A DNA stretch of 64,000 bases from Piromyces finnis finn (GCA_002104945.1 MCFH01000025.1:62001-126000); one strand, 5' to 3'. Positions 1 to 21,184 are shown, counted from the first letter of the stretch. Numbers and translations are program-made. The notes: generated by a model not told the origin, from the sequence alone.

Positions 1-1057
1 AATCGTTTATTAGGTATAATAAAAAAGTTGTATATACAAAAAGTGTATCAGTAAATTCTATAACAGGTTGGGTCGTTGGTCTCGGTGATCGTCATTGTAT
101 GAATATTCTAATAGATTTAGGAACAGCTGAAGTTATCCACATTGATTTGGGTATTGCATTTGATGTTGGAAAACTTCTTTCTATTCCAGAATGTATTCCG
201 TTTAGATTGACTAGAGATGTCGTAGATGGTATGGGGATTAATGGTGTTGAAGGTATATTTCGTAAAAGTTGTGAAGAAACACTTCATGTCATACGTAAAA
301 ATTCAAATGTTTTATTAACTATATTAGATGTTTTCAGGTAAGATATTTTATAATATTTATATTCATATTATTTTTTTCCTTCTAAAAATATATTCGATTA
401 AATCATTCATACGAATATATAATGATAGAAAGAGTTAAAAAGTAACATTTATAGATAAAATTGTTATATTAATTAATTATTATTATTTTTATTTAAACCT
501 AATATTTGTTTTTATTTTATATCATATTTTATTTTTATATTAAAAACATTATATTATTAAGATATGATCCATTATATAACTGGTAATTTAATTATAATAC
601 ATACAAAATAAAAAAAAAAAAAAATATTTAATAAGAATTTTTTATTCTTACTATAATATTAAGGACTATTTCTCCATTGAAAATGGCTCGTCAAGTTAAA
701 GAAACTAATCAAATTCAAAATGAGTTAAGTGGGAAAGAAGAGGAACTTGATGATAATGAAGAATTTCGATTATCAAACGATAAAAATATTGATAATTCAC
801 AAGAAACAAAAAATAATGATGATATTGAAAGAGCCTTTTTTGGTGTTCGTACTAAACTTTCTGAACAAATGAGTGTCGAATGTCAAATTAATGAATTAAT
901 AGAAATGGCTATAAATCCTGAAAATTTATCGAGACTATTCCCAGGTAATTATTATTATTAAATATATTATAAAAAACTTAATAATAATATTTTTTAATCA
1001 ATAATTCTATATTAATTTATATATTTATTAAATATAGGTTGGCAACCATATATGTAA
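1..1057 (+). CDS. TEL1: 3' end (kinase C-lobe + FATC) of an ATM/Tel1-type PIKK serine/threonine kinase; gene begins before the window
   Basis: Exons about 67-337, 562-582, 664-944 and 1038-1057 splice (GT-AG) to ...GWVVGLGDRHCMNILID...HIDLGIAFD...PECIPFRLTRDVVDGMG...FRYDPLYNWTISPLK...QINELIEMAINPENLSRLFPGWQPYM*. These are the PIKK catalytic motifs and the ATM-type FATC ending. Confidence 0.9.
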
Positions 1058-1535
1058 TTTATATTTCTTAACCCCTTCATTATGCATTAACCAATACTTT
1101 TAAAATATTTTTAGAATAAATAAAATTTATTTCATTACATATTACAATTTTAATTTAATATAATACATGATATAATAAATATAAATATAAATATAATAAA
1201 TAAATAAAAATAATAAAATCACATTTCAAAATAATAACAAAATAAGATTCACAAATAACATAAATTTTACTTTATAAATTTATAATTATTATTATTATTA
1301 TTTATTAAATGGAAAACTAACAATTGTTTTTAATTTGTTTGTTTTTTAATTGCCATTTTTTTAAAAAAATTTTTACAAGAAAATTATTTATATTTTAAAA
1401 TGAAAAAAAAAAAAAATGAAAAAAAGCTTTTTAACATTTTTACATATTTATAGGTAAATTAATAATCAATATTTATTATCCTTTTTTTTTTATATTTATT
1501 ATTATTATTTCTTTTATTTCATTTTTATGAAATAC

Positions 1536-2382
1536 TTAATCAAATGGTATTGGTCTTGGTAAATGACTGTGTTGATTATTTTTGTCATCTGCTGCTGCAC
1601 CAAATGGACTTGGTATATGAATACCACAGCAACATGGCGCTTCTTGTCCCATAGCATAAACATGAGAATGGTCATGTTCTTCAGGAAGTGCACCATGAGT
1701 TCCATGGAATCTAATAAGACTTCCAAATAAAAAGTGTTGCATAATCGGTAATTTTCCTAATACTTCAGCTTTATACATTTTTATCATACCAGAATTAACT
1801 TTCATCCATTTTTTTACACCACTGATATCATCAAGCATAGGTGAATGCCATCTTAAAGATGCTGTTTTAATCTTTAAAAGAGAAAAAAATGAAAATGTTG
1901 ATATTTAATTAATAATTAATACAAAAGTGTATTATTATTTTAATCGTAATTAATTTTTTTATATAATTATAATTAATGATTAATATCATCTTTATGTTTA
2001 TACATTATACATTATATACATACAGAACAAATAAATCTAATGCAATCTAAATACATATAATCTTTTGAAAATTCTTCAACAATTTCTTCATTTCTAATTG
2101 ATTTTGGACGTAAATATTTATGATCTTTATATCAGAATATACAGATAAATGACAAAAAAATTAAACATAAAGAGAGTTTTTAAGTTTATTAACAGTTTAA
2201 AACTTTATGAATATTCAAAAACTATATATATTAATATTTATTACTATTTACCATGAAGTTGAGATGAACCAAAAAGGAAAGGCATAAAATGGTAATCATC
2301 AAGACCCCAAACACCATGAGAACCAGCAGGCTCTAACCAATAAGTATATTGAAGTTTTCTCATAACACTCATATATCTAAAT

Positions 2383-2417
<35 letters not shown>

Positions 2418-3536
2418 AATAATAACAATATATAGAAAATAAAAAATAAAAATAAATATATATATAAATGGTGCGATATTGATATACAAATTAAAAGTTT
2501 AGAATTTAGCTTAAAAATAATTATATAATGATGATAATAATAAAATATTTTTTTTCTTTAAATAATAGTATTAATATTATTATTTTAACTATTTCTTACG
2601 TTAAGAAAACTTTCGTTACAATTGCGGTATAATCTTCTTTAGTAAATAAATTCAATTTATCTATACAAAACCTATAAAGAGTTGAACAAAATAGAGGAGA
2701 TATAAAATTAATATTCATTTAATTGATAATACATATATAATATATATTTATATATGCTTCCTATTTATCTTTTAATTTATATTTTCAATTTTTCTTTCAT
2801 TTTAATTTAACTTACAAAAAGGCCATAAAGGTTGTTTCATGTCCAGTACCATAATCAATTCTTTTACGATCACCAAAACTATGAATCAAATAAGTTGCTA
2901 ATTCTGGAATAGCTTCTTTTGGTTCAATAATATCCTCCAACATTTCAGCTGCATTCTATAAGGAAAATAATAATAATAAAGCAAAATATTTATTAAGTAT
3001 AAAAATAAAAGTTTTGATATTAAGTACATACATATTTAATAATTTTTACTTTTAATTAATATATATAAATAAAAATAATAATATAACTAAATAAAGAAAT
3101 GTTTTATTACTATAATTTATTAATTTGTTAAAAGAAAAAAAAATAAATGAACTTTCTAATTTACTACTATGATAATAACACTCGTCTAGCCGGCCTGAGA
3201 GGGTCTAGTGTACATGGTACATTCCAAATTAGAACTTAATAAGTGGTGACTTAGGCTATGCCAAAAACACATAATATTCCTTAATCAATTTAAGTGTAAA
3301 CATTAGGGGGCGGTTGACACGTGATCAAATTGACTATAAGAGGCTTAGCATTGTAGTTGTGAAATATCGTACAACGACATGCATCTAATGTACATGGATT
3401 AAGTGAGCGTCGAAGCTGAAGAAACAGTATGACAGACCAGGAGGGTCACAACCACCTAGCAATAGGAATGAGCCAACGTTTCTCTAAGAACCACCATTGG
3501 AGCTAACTCTGATCGATGGGAGATATGCACTCGGAA

Positions 3537-3602
<66 letters not shown>

Positions 3603-4077
3603 AAAAAAAAATATATAAATTAATAAGATAAATTTAATTTTAAAAATATATTGAATATAATTATTAATAAAAATATTAAATAAAAAATTTATTGTATTTT
3701 CAAATATATATGTTTGTTTTTTAATTTATATATATATATATATATTTATTATTTTTTTTTTTTTTTGAATACTTACATCATTAAGTTTATCATACCATTT
3801 TTGGAAGGAAGGATTGCCATAACGAGTTTTTATTGTAGTATCTGGTGGAAATTCATTTATCCATTCCTTTAATTCGTTTAATAAATCAACCAATTTTAAT
3901 ACAATCTTTAATAAATGTAAAATACATAAAGTAATAGATAAATATTATTTTATTTATTTCAATAATTTATGAGAGTATAATAATTTAATTATATTTGGTA
4001 TAAACGAAAAATATATAGTTATTTATAAAATCATTGAATTATCAAATAAATATAAAAAATTTTAGTATATACATTAC

Positions 4078-4144
<67 letters not shown>

Positions 4145-4505
4145 TCTATAATATTATTATTATAATAACCTCTGAAGTATAACAATCTGCACGTGAAGTA
4201 ACATTGCGTACTGCCATATTTAAATCCAATATGAAATTCATGTAGTCTTCGTATGCTCTTGATTTTTGAAATTTTTCTAAGTCTTCCTTTGTAAGAATTT
4301 GCTTACGAGGAATTATGAATCCAGTGTCACTATCATCATCTATTTGTGTATCATGGTGAGTTAAAATTTCATTAATTGAAATGACATTTTCTTCTCTAGT
4401 TTGTTCTTTCTGTGCTTTTAAAGAGGAAGGGAAAATATCGGTAATGAATCTTCCACCGGATAATTCGATAGGAGGATTACTGGGATTAAAGTATTCACCA
4501 TTCAT
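1536..4505 (-). CDS. PTPA: Phosphotyrosyl phosphatase activator (PP2A activator, Rrd1/Rrd2 family), multi-exon
   Basis: Exons read by eye give [28 protein letters not shown] (PTPA signature), [27 protein letters not shown] and [24 protein letters not shown] at 4505, stop at 1536. Confidence 0.95.
3146..3610 (+). mobile_element. Non-coding, poly(A)-tailed retroposed insertion (SINE-like or 5'-truncated LINE relative) in a PTPA intron, antisense to the gene
   Basis: GC-richer body about 3180-3539 in an AT-rich intron, then an A tract 3540-3600. Near-perfect flanking duplication AAAAGA(9-10)TA (3130-3145 and about 3597-3613), preceded by TT as in TT/AAAA endonuclease sites. No open frame. Confidence 0.75.
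4078..4144. repeat. (TTA)n microsatellite in PTPA intron 1
   Basis: Uninterrupted TTA run visible in sequence. Confidence 0.95.
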
Positions 4506-5174
4506 TTATTGTTCTATTATAAATATATAAAATTAAAAAGGTATAAAAATTTGTAAAGGTAAACGATATATAATTTAACTTTTTTAAATTAAAAATTTTT
4601 AATTATTTCTGTTATATTAGAAAAAGTATATGAGATTTTTATGTAATAAAAATAAATTAATGTATCTAAATAATGTAATATAATTCAAGACAATTTACAT
4701 TAAATATAATTATTTTATAAATAAATATATAAATAAATAAATAAACACTCTAAACAATTATTGTTGTTTAATTAATTTATGGTTTGAAATTTTAGAAAAA
4801 GTATAAAATAAAATAATTCTCTATTTTATTAGTAGAGTTTTTTGCATAAAGCATAACATATGAATTATATGAATTACTAGAATTCTATTAACAGCTATTG
4901 TTTATTATTATTATAAATTAATAATAAAATTAAAATTATTAAAAAAAATTTTATATTATTAAATATTTAAAAATAAATGTATTACATTAATGTACAATAT
5001 AATAATAAGATTGTATTTTATAGAACAATTAGATTTATATATTTAAGAATGAAATGATTGGTCTACATTAATTTCTTCCTTTTTTTTATTAATTATAATA
5101 AAAAAATAAAAAAAAATATTAAAAATATATATCCTAATCACAATTTTAAAAATTTGAAGTAATTATAATTAAAA
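4506..5174. promoter_or_regulatory. Divergent (head-to-head) intergenic region between PTPA and NOP10; probable shared promoter region
   Basis: Start codons at 4505 (-) and 5175 (+) face away from each other about 670 bp apart. No specific motif identified. Confidence 0.4.
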
Positions 5175-5572
5175 ATGCATCTTATGTACACTTTAGGTAA
5201 AGATGGTAAGAGAGTTTACACTCTTAAAAAGAAGACCGATGATGGTAAAATTACCAAATCCGCTCATCCAGGTAAATAAAAATAAAAAATTTAAAAATAT
5301 AACTATAAATTAAAGCCAAATTAAAATATATGATTAAATTTTAATAATGTTATAATAATTAAAATATTTTTTTTCTTATACATATTAACATTTAATAAAA
5401 TATATTTTATATCATATTATTATAATATTCCTTTATATATATATTTATTAAATATTTCAATAAATAATAAATAGCTCGTTTTTCTCCAGATGATAAATTT
5501 TCACGTCATCGTGTTACTTTAAAGAAACGTTTCGGTATACTTCTTACTCAAACTCCACAAAGAGAATGTTAA
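5175..5572 (+). CDS. NOP10: H/ACA snoRNP protein Nop10, two exons (5175-5271, 5475-5572); absent from the ORF track
   Basis: Spliced product [64 protein letters not shown] is a typical Nop10. Confidence 0.97.
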
Positions 5573-7281
5573 ACATGAAGAAAGAAATGTTTTAAAATTC
5601 TTATTCTATAATTTAAAATAAAAAAAAAATCATTAAAAAAAAAAAGAAAAATATTTAATAACGATATAATCATTAAAAAGAAAATATATATTTAAATTTA
5701 TTTTCTCTACACTTTATTACATTTATTGTATTCCACAAAATTACATAACAAATATAATGATTTTTTTTTTTTCTAAATGAATGCATTATTATTTCAATAA
5801 AAAAAATAAATATTTTCTTTTTAATATATATATTTTAGAAAAAATGGAAATATGTATTTTTTTTAAGACAATATAATTTTTTCAATTTTATTTATTTATT
5901 TTTCATATTTACAATATATTTAAATAGATTAATTTTATTTTTAAAATTTTATATACTTTGTTATTCAAGAGTAATTTAAATTTATTTTTTTTTTAAAAAA
6001 ATTTAAAAGATCAGTAATTTAATAAAGAAAAAAAATTAAATCATTAAATAATATAAATATTAATTCAAGATAAAAGTATTATTCTTTATATTACTTTTTA
6101 TATATTATTATTGCTATTTTACTATAAGTATTATTTATTTTCATTATCATGGAATATCTTTAAAAGTATTGAAAAATTGGATTAAATAATTATTTTTAAA
6201 TATAATACTAAATATATTGATTACCTTGATTACCATTCTTAATAAATAAATAATAATTACTGCTGATAATAGTGAAATATATAAATCTTTTAAAATGGAA
6301 TGTAAAAGAAATTAAATAGTATAAAATAAAAAAAGAAAGAAATTTGTAATCTAAAAACATAATAAAATATTTTTTTGATATATTATTTCAAATTATTAAA
6401 ATGAGAAAAAAGGGAAAAAAAATATATTATTAGATTAATTTTTCATTTTCTTTATATTTTAATTTTTGTTTTTATTTGAATATAAAAGGAAAATTGGAAA
6501 ATAAAAAAAAAAATTTACATATTTATATATAAGATATCTTAATAATAATAGTAAAAGGTAGTATTTAGTATAATTTATAAGATTTAATTGTTTAAGTTTA
6601 ATAATTAGATTATTAATTATTGAATGTCATTTAGAATATAATAAAATAATTTTAATAATTAAAATATATATAGTTAAATAAATGCTATTTTTTTAAAAAA
6701 ATTAATAAATATTTTCTTTTTCTTTTTTTATTTGCTAGTGTTATTCAATGCTTCTTATTTTAATAATTAACATTGGTATATATAGTGTAGTCTCATTTTA
6801 GCATAATATTATTAGGATAGGTATTGATAATGTTATTTATTTTTCTTTTTTATTGTAAAATGGTTATTTTTAATATTAGAGGAATGACCATAAAGATTAT
6901 CCATCTTTGAATTGTTTATTCAATAAAATATCAATTCTTCTTAACTAATATACGAAACGCTCTGAGTTGTTAACACTTTTTGATTTATATTTAATGATAA
7001 AGATATTATTATTATTGGTATTATTATTATTATTATTAATGCTATCACTACCTCCTACCTCTTTCTTTAATTTCATTTTTTTTTTTTTTTTTTTTTTTTT
7101 GAAAGACTGTCTCTATCATTATTCAATAAAAATAATTCAGAATTTTATTTTACTGCTATTAAATTATTACTGTGTATATTATTGTTTTTAAAATAGAAAT
7201 TGCTTGATGGCGTGGTATTGTCGTGTTTCCATTGGTATTAGGTATTATTGTCTTTATAATAATTTAATGATTTGAATAGTT

Positions 7282-14214
<6,933 letters not shown>

Positions 14215-14681
14215 TTCTTTATATTTATTTTCTATACTTGATTAATTTGAAGTTTGAGATAATTTTATAGTATTTTATATACAAAAGGAATAATATATAT
14301 GATAGAATATATATCTACAAGATAACGCTTATTTTATAAATATATATATTATATTATTTATATTTTAAATTAATTAGCATTGCAAACATTGATAATATAA
14401 AAAAAAATTCTATTTTTCCTAATAAGTATTTATATTATATGCATGAAAGATATTAAAATTTTATTTTTTTTATTTTTAATAATATCTACCATTATCTACT
14501 ATTGTATAATGTTAAAGTAAGAATATTTATTTATTCTTATATATAGTCTTTTCTTTCAAAAAAGTTTATAATTTATTTATATTTTTTATTAATGAATACT
14601 TACTTTTTTGTTTTTAAAATATATTTAATAAAATGCAAGTATAAAAAATCATATTATTATTTTATGAAAAACTAGTATTTG

Positions 14682-14870
14682 TATTATAGTATTGGTTATA
14701 TTATTTACTAAAAAAAATAGTATTATATGTTTTATTATAGTATTTGTTATATTGTTTGCTAAAAAAATAGTATTATAGTTTATTTTATAGTATTGGTTAT
14801 ATAATTTGCTAAAAAAAAAAAAAAAAGTATTATTATTTGTATTATAATATATAATATTGGTTATATGATA
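14682..14870. repeat. Degenerate minisatellite, about 51-bp unit, 3 copies plus a partial
   Basis: Unit TATTATAGTATT(G/T)GTTATA...TT(A/G)CTAAAAAAAATAGTATTATA starts at about 14682, 14733 and 14783. Confidence 0.8.
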
Positions 14871-17800
14871 AATAAAATTAAATATGTATAACACTTTTTT
14901 TTTTTTAATAATATCCTTGAAATAAATGGTGTTTTGTTTATAATAAACTAAAAATTATGAAGGGTTTAAATAAATATATAAATTATTATGCATTCTATTG
15001 ATACTGATACAATTTTTTTTATTATAAATAACACTGTTTCTTTCTTTCTTTTTTTTTTATTTTTTATTTTATTTTATTTTTTTTTTAATATTTTATCTGT
15101 TTAATAGTATAATAGTATAATGGGATAATTGTAAATGCATTATTTGGAGTTGAATTTAAAATTGGCCATATGAATTTATTTTACTATTAAAAATTAATGT
15201 TATAGAAAGAAATTATTAATTTTGAAATAATTATTTAATTTTATTATTATTATTATTTTTAAAGTTTTCATTATATTTAGTAGATAGAAATTACAACTAT
15301 TTTTATTTTTATATTAAAAAGAAAATAAAATGCAATTTCTATTTATTAATTTTTTCTTTTTTCTTCATTCATAAAAACAAAAACTTTTAATTACTTTTAT
15401 TTTATGTCTACAGATTTCTATGAATTATTACCATTGCATTATTTTTAAAATCTTAATACTTTAATGGATAAAAAGTAAAATAAAATAAAATAAAATAAAT
15501 ATAAATAAAAAAGTAAAAAAGAAAAAGGTAAACTTTAGCATAATTAAAAATTATAAAAAAAAAAATAGAAAATATTTTACTTATCAATTAAAAATTTTTT
15601 TGTTTATTATTTGGTATTAATATATTTGATTCTACATATATTATAATATAAATTAATATATTTCAATATGATAATAACCATTTATTTGTTTTTATTTATT
15701 TATGAATCCATCTTTTTATTATTTCCTTTTAAGTTGGTAAATTAATAAAATTAAATAGTCATTTCTATGTATTCTTTTTACACACTAAACTGATATATAT
15801 ATAAACTTTATTGATGGGAAAAGCTGTTTTTATGTATTAAAAAGTTAAATTATATTCAACTACTTTTAAGTATCTTTTTACTATTTATATAAAAAAATAT
15901 ACATATATATATAATGAATCTTTTATAGAAAAATATTTTTTCTAAATTGGATAGGTGAATTGTATGGGGATAGTGTGGTTAATTATTATTTTTCTTCCCA
16001 ACTTCTTCTAGTTCTATTACTATTCAAATTTACAGGGTTGTGATATGCTTTGATTCATTCTTAATTTATTAAATAATTTATAATAATATACTTAATAATA
16101 TATATAAATTTAATATGTACATGATTATATTACCAATATAAATATCCATATATTATAATATATTATAATATATTATAATTGAAATGTTATTAAATCTTTA
16201 AATTAACTAAAATTAGATTAAATATTTTTTTGCTTGAAATAAATACAAACATTAAGCAGGTTCGTTGGATAACTTATTTATCTTCTTTTTTCTTGACAAC
16301 TACCATTTCATGTATTATTTTATTCTTTGGATTAAATATAAATATCTTGTAAATAAATAAATTCTACTGGTTCCTATCTAAAAATATGCTTCAATCTATG
16401 CTATTTAAAAGAAAAACATTGATAAAACCTTTAGGTTTAAATTACTTTTTTCTTTTTTTTTTTTTAAATTGTCTTATTTCTCATTATTGAAAGGAAATAG
16501 TAAAAAGATTTAACATTGAACTGTCTCATAAATTAGATTGTATTTAAGTATATTTCTTCATATATTGTTATATATTAAGTATATATTAAATTTAAATATT
16601 ATATTTATTTCCTTTATTCTTAATTTTAATTATGAGTATAATTGTCTTCACTAAATAATAAAATTATTATTTATTTTAAAAATTTATTACAATATATCTA
16701 TTGATATATTATTATTTATTTTTTTAGTATTTTTTCCTTATTTATTATATATTAATTTTTTAATTAAATTTTAAATTACAATTTTTTGCTATTTTTTAAT
16801 ATAATTTTAATATAAAATATTTTTATTAATAAATTATTATCATACATATTATCATATATTTTATTATATTTATTAATATGTTATAAATTGTATTCCTAAT
16901 ATATTTTAATAAAACAATAAATTTTTATAAATTTCATAAAAAAAAAGATGAGCCAAGATTTAAAAAAAAAAAAAGATTTCATTACTAAATTTACAATTTT
17001 TTGATTTTACATCTTTATAAAAAATATATATATATCTTTATTTTAAAGGAAAAGTAAATCAACTTGTAAGATAACACAAAAAATAATATAATTAAAAATT
17101 CTATTTTTTATATTAATTCTAGAATAGAGTTTCTATTTTTCATTTTCAATAAGTTAGTTCAAAAATGTTATGGATGATACTTTTACATAAGTATTATCCT
17201 ATATTATGAAAAAGAAAAACTTTTGATTTTGTTATTTTTTAAAACTTTATAGTTTCACTTTTTTTATTTAAAAGAAACTTTAATAAATTATAATTATTAA
17301 TTTTTATTATTCAGTATTTTCAAAAGAAAAGATCAAAATAAACTGAATGGTGAAATCATTATCAATATCTTTTTTTTTATAACTCTCCTTTTTACAATTA
17401 ACCTTCCCTTCTACTTATCGTTATGTAGTTTGTAACCGAACTAAAAGGAAAATAACTATTAAAATTGGTAAGTTTATTGCATTTATATAAAGTTAATTTA
17501 ATTACCAATCCAAAATATATATTTAATATATTTAGTAATATATTATAAATATATATAATAATAATAAATTTGATTTACCATACACCATCATTCTTAATTA
17601 ATTTATCATTAATTTATAAAATTAATTAATAATAATTGGTATTGACTTACAATGTGGCTAATAGTTGTATAATGTAAATAAAGCCATAATATATTCATCA
17701 ATTATTTAATAATATAATACATTACATTTAATTATATAAAAATGCTATTTATTATAAAAAAAAAACTTTGATGGTAATTGTATTTGGCAGTTTTAATTTT

Positions 17801-18200
17801 TTTTTTTTTTATAATAATCTAAAGGTTTAAATAGTCAATAGTGTATAACGATAGTATATAAATTATAAAAGGACAACTTATCATAAACCTTTATCATAAA
17901 CGGATAAAATAAATATAAAGGCATTTGTCAAAGTCATCATTGGAGATAAAATAAAATGGTACATAAAATGTTAAAAAGAAGGTACCTTTTTTTTTTAAAT
18001 TTTTAAAATAACATATGAAAAGATGATATAAAAATTAATGATAAATATGAAATAACATAATGAAACGCTTCATATTTTTTCTTATTTTTTTTTAAAAATA
18101 CTAAAAAAAAAAAGTTTCTGATGTTTATTCTAATTAGTTATCGTTATATTGTTATATTGTTATAGTTTTATTCTAATTATTTAATTCTAATTATTGTTTA

Positions 18201-18257
<57 letters not shown>

Positions 18258-21050
18258 TACATATTGCTATATTAAAAATTTTTTTTCTAAACAAAATTTA
18301 CACTTTTTTTTTTTTTACTTTCTCTCCTATTTCAGGAATAAACTAATATGTTGTTAATACTATAAAATGTTTTTTTTATCAAATCAACTACTTTACTCCA
18401 ACCATTCAACATATTACAAGTATTATGAAATTATAATATTTCCTTAAAAAAATTATAATCAAATAAATTTAAATATAAATTAATGTAAAAATAGATTTAT
18501 TTCATAAACAATTTTTTATTCGTAAAAAAAAAAAAAAAAAGAAATAAAATTTTCTAACTCCTTCTATGACATATAGTTTTTTTTAGCCTCATTCCAATTA
18601 CTGGAGAAGAAATTTTTTTATTTTAGATAATGATTTATTTAATTAAATATTATTTATTCATTCACTTTTTTGTTGCATATTGTCTTTTTGTTTATTCAAC
18701 ATTTAAAGTATAGATCATATATTAATTCAATATATTTTAGTATATTCTAATATATAGATTTTAATTATTTTTTAATTCGTCATCCATAATATAAAATGGA
18801 TAAATAAGAATTTTAAATTTAATATATAATTAAATAAATTAAATTTTAATTAAACTTTTAGATGTATTAATAATTTGAATCAGTAATTAATAGATGATTT
18901 AATTATATTTTATAAATAATCAATTAATTAATTAAATTAATATATTATTATAATTAAATAAATATATTCATTATATATCTATCAATTGATTTAAATTACA
19001 ATTAAATACATTTATTATATAATACAATAATATTTATATTATAGTATAGTTATGAATGTATTCATTATATATTCATTATATATTGATTTAAATTATAAAT
19101 ACTTTTATTATATAACAAAATATCATTTATATTAAAGTATGTATAATATATTTGTAGTATGAAATAAATAATATTATCATTTTAAAAAGTTCATTTTTTG
19201 TTTTTCCTTAATATAAAGAAATTATAAAAAAAAAATATTATAATAGTCCACTTTATTTTTAATATCAAAATGTATACAAAATTGAATTTTGAAATATTTA
19301 TAATTAATTAAAAAATAATTTTTTTTTTTTCATTACTCCTTCTTAATTTATTAGAGAAAGTAAAATATAACGAAAAGAAATATTAGAGTAAAAAAATGGC
19401 TTTTTTTTTTTTTAATGAGAAAGAGAAAAGACTAATAAAAAAAAAGAAGAAAATAATATTTATAATAAATTTGATTATTATAAATTTAATACATTTATTA
19501 ATGACTGAATTTATAATACGAAAAAAAAATAAAGAAACTAAATTCATACGATTTATTTTTATTTTTAAAATTTTTTCTAAAAAAAAAAGATATTTTTCGA
19601 TAATGATATGGAATTATGGAATATAATAACTATTTATAATAAATGAACCATTAAAGTTAAAAATTTATAACAATTATTATTTGCTCTTTTTTTTTTTTAA
19701 TTATTTATAATGAATGAATTAATGAACTAACACAGTATATCTATGGTGAACGCTCTTTCAATTAATTATTATTAGAACCTTATATTTCGTACATAGAGAA
19801 TCCCATCCATTCTTATCATTAGCATATAAATATATTATTTAATATGTCTATTTCATATATACTTTTATAATGTTTACAATGGTTATTATTTTCATTATCT
19901 ATTTTACATAGAATAAATTACATATAAAAATTAAAAATGTATTATCTATAATGATTTTAAAATAAAATAATTTTGATGGAAAAAAAAAAAAAATTGAATA
20001 AAAGTTTTAAAAACAATAAATTTGTACTACTCTTATATATTTTTGATTGGCTTAATATTAATAATATAACTAATATAATTGATACAACTTGGTTCAATAC
20101 ACTCAGGATTTGTGGGTTGACCTTATATTTATAAATTATTCAAATACTGGCCAGAGCTCTGCCTGAGGTCAAATTTCTTCTGGCTAAAAAGTCTGGCTAA
20201 AACGGCCCAAAATCTAAGATTTATACTAAATCATCATACTTAATATTAGATGATCGTAAGAATATCTTCTCCTAACTATTATATTCTTAGATAGAGACTA
20301 ATTTACTATATTTTCTACTAATTTATACCAAAATCTAACTATAAAGTTTATTTGTTTATCTGTTTATATTAAGTACAATAATTACTTTAATTTATCACAT
20401 GATTATAAAAATATGATAAATATATTAATGTACTAAATAAAATGTACCAAAAACTACATGATAATCTATTCCAATATTACATTAATTTATGTTTATATAA
20501 CATTTATAGTAATATTCAATTACATTATTAATTAAGGTTTTTATGTTCATTTTATATCATTATGTGAGAATGTTATTTATTGAATTCATCATATAATTGC
20601 TTTTTAATATATCTATAATGATATCAATTGAATAATGAATATATATATATTAAGGTTTCTTACTCAATGCCATGTCTACTTTTTCATGAATTAAAGTGTA
20701 TTGTATAAAAGAATAATGTTGATATATAATACATATAATTCCAGCTTTATAATTGGACAACCAATTATTTAGTTCGCTATATAAATAGAATAATCATTAT
20801 TACAGTATATAGTTTAAATATTACAATACGACAAGCCTTTTAGAAAGAATAGAAATATTTAAATAAAGTTATTAATAAAACATAAAAAATATATTGTTTA
20901 AATATAAATTCTTTCTACATAGAAAATCTATAGAATATACATAGAATGTCACGTGAATATATATGATAAGGCCTAAAATAAAAAATAAAATATTTAAATC
21001 TTTTTTTTATAAAAACAAACAAATTATTATAATCCAAATATTTATTTCAA

Positions 21051-21170
21051 TAAAGTAATAAGGAAAAGCATAAATAGTAATTAAATTATTATATACAATA
21101 TTTATTTCTATAAAGTAATAAGGAAAAGCATAAATAGTAATTAAATTATTATATGCAACAGTAAAAAAAA
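21051..21170. repeat. Near-perfect 60-bp tandem duplication directly upstream of the GT8 start codon
   Basis: TAAAGTAATAAGGAAAAGCATAAATAGTAATTAAATTATTATAT occurs at 21051 and again at 21111. Confidence 0.9.
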
Positions 21171-21184
21171 AAAAAATAGTAATA

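Noticed and set aside
17340-17470. Short hydrophobic ATG-initiated stretch followed by a GTAAG donor
   Set aside because: Frame closes after about 30 codons and no downstream exon or homology is evident.
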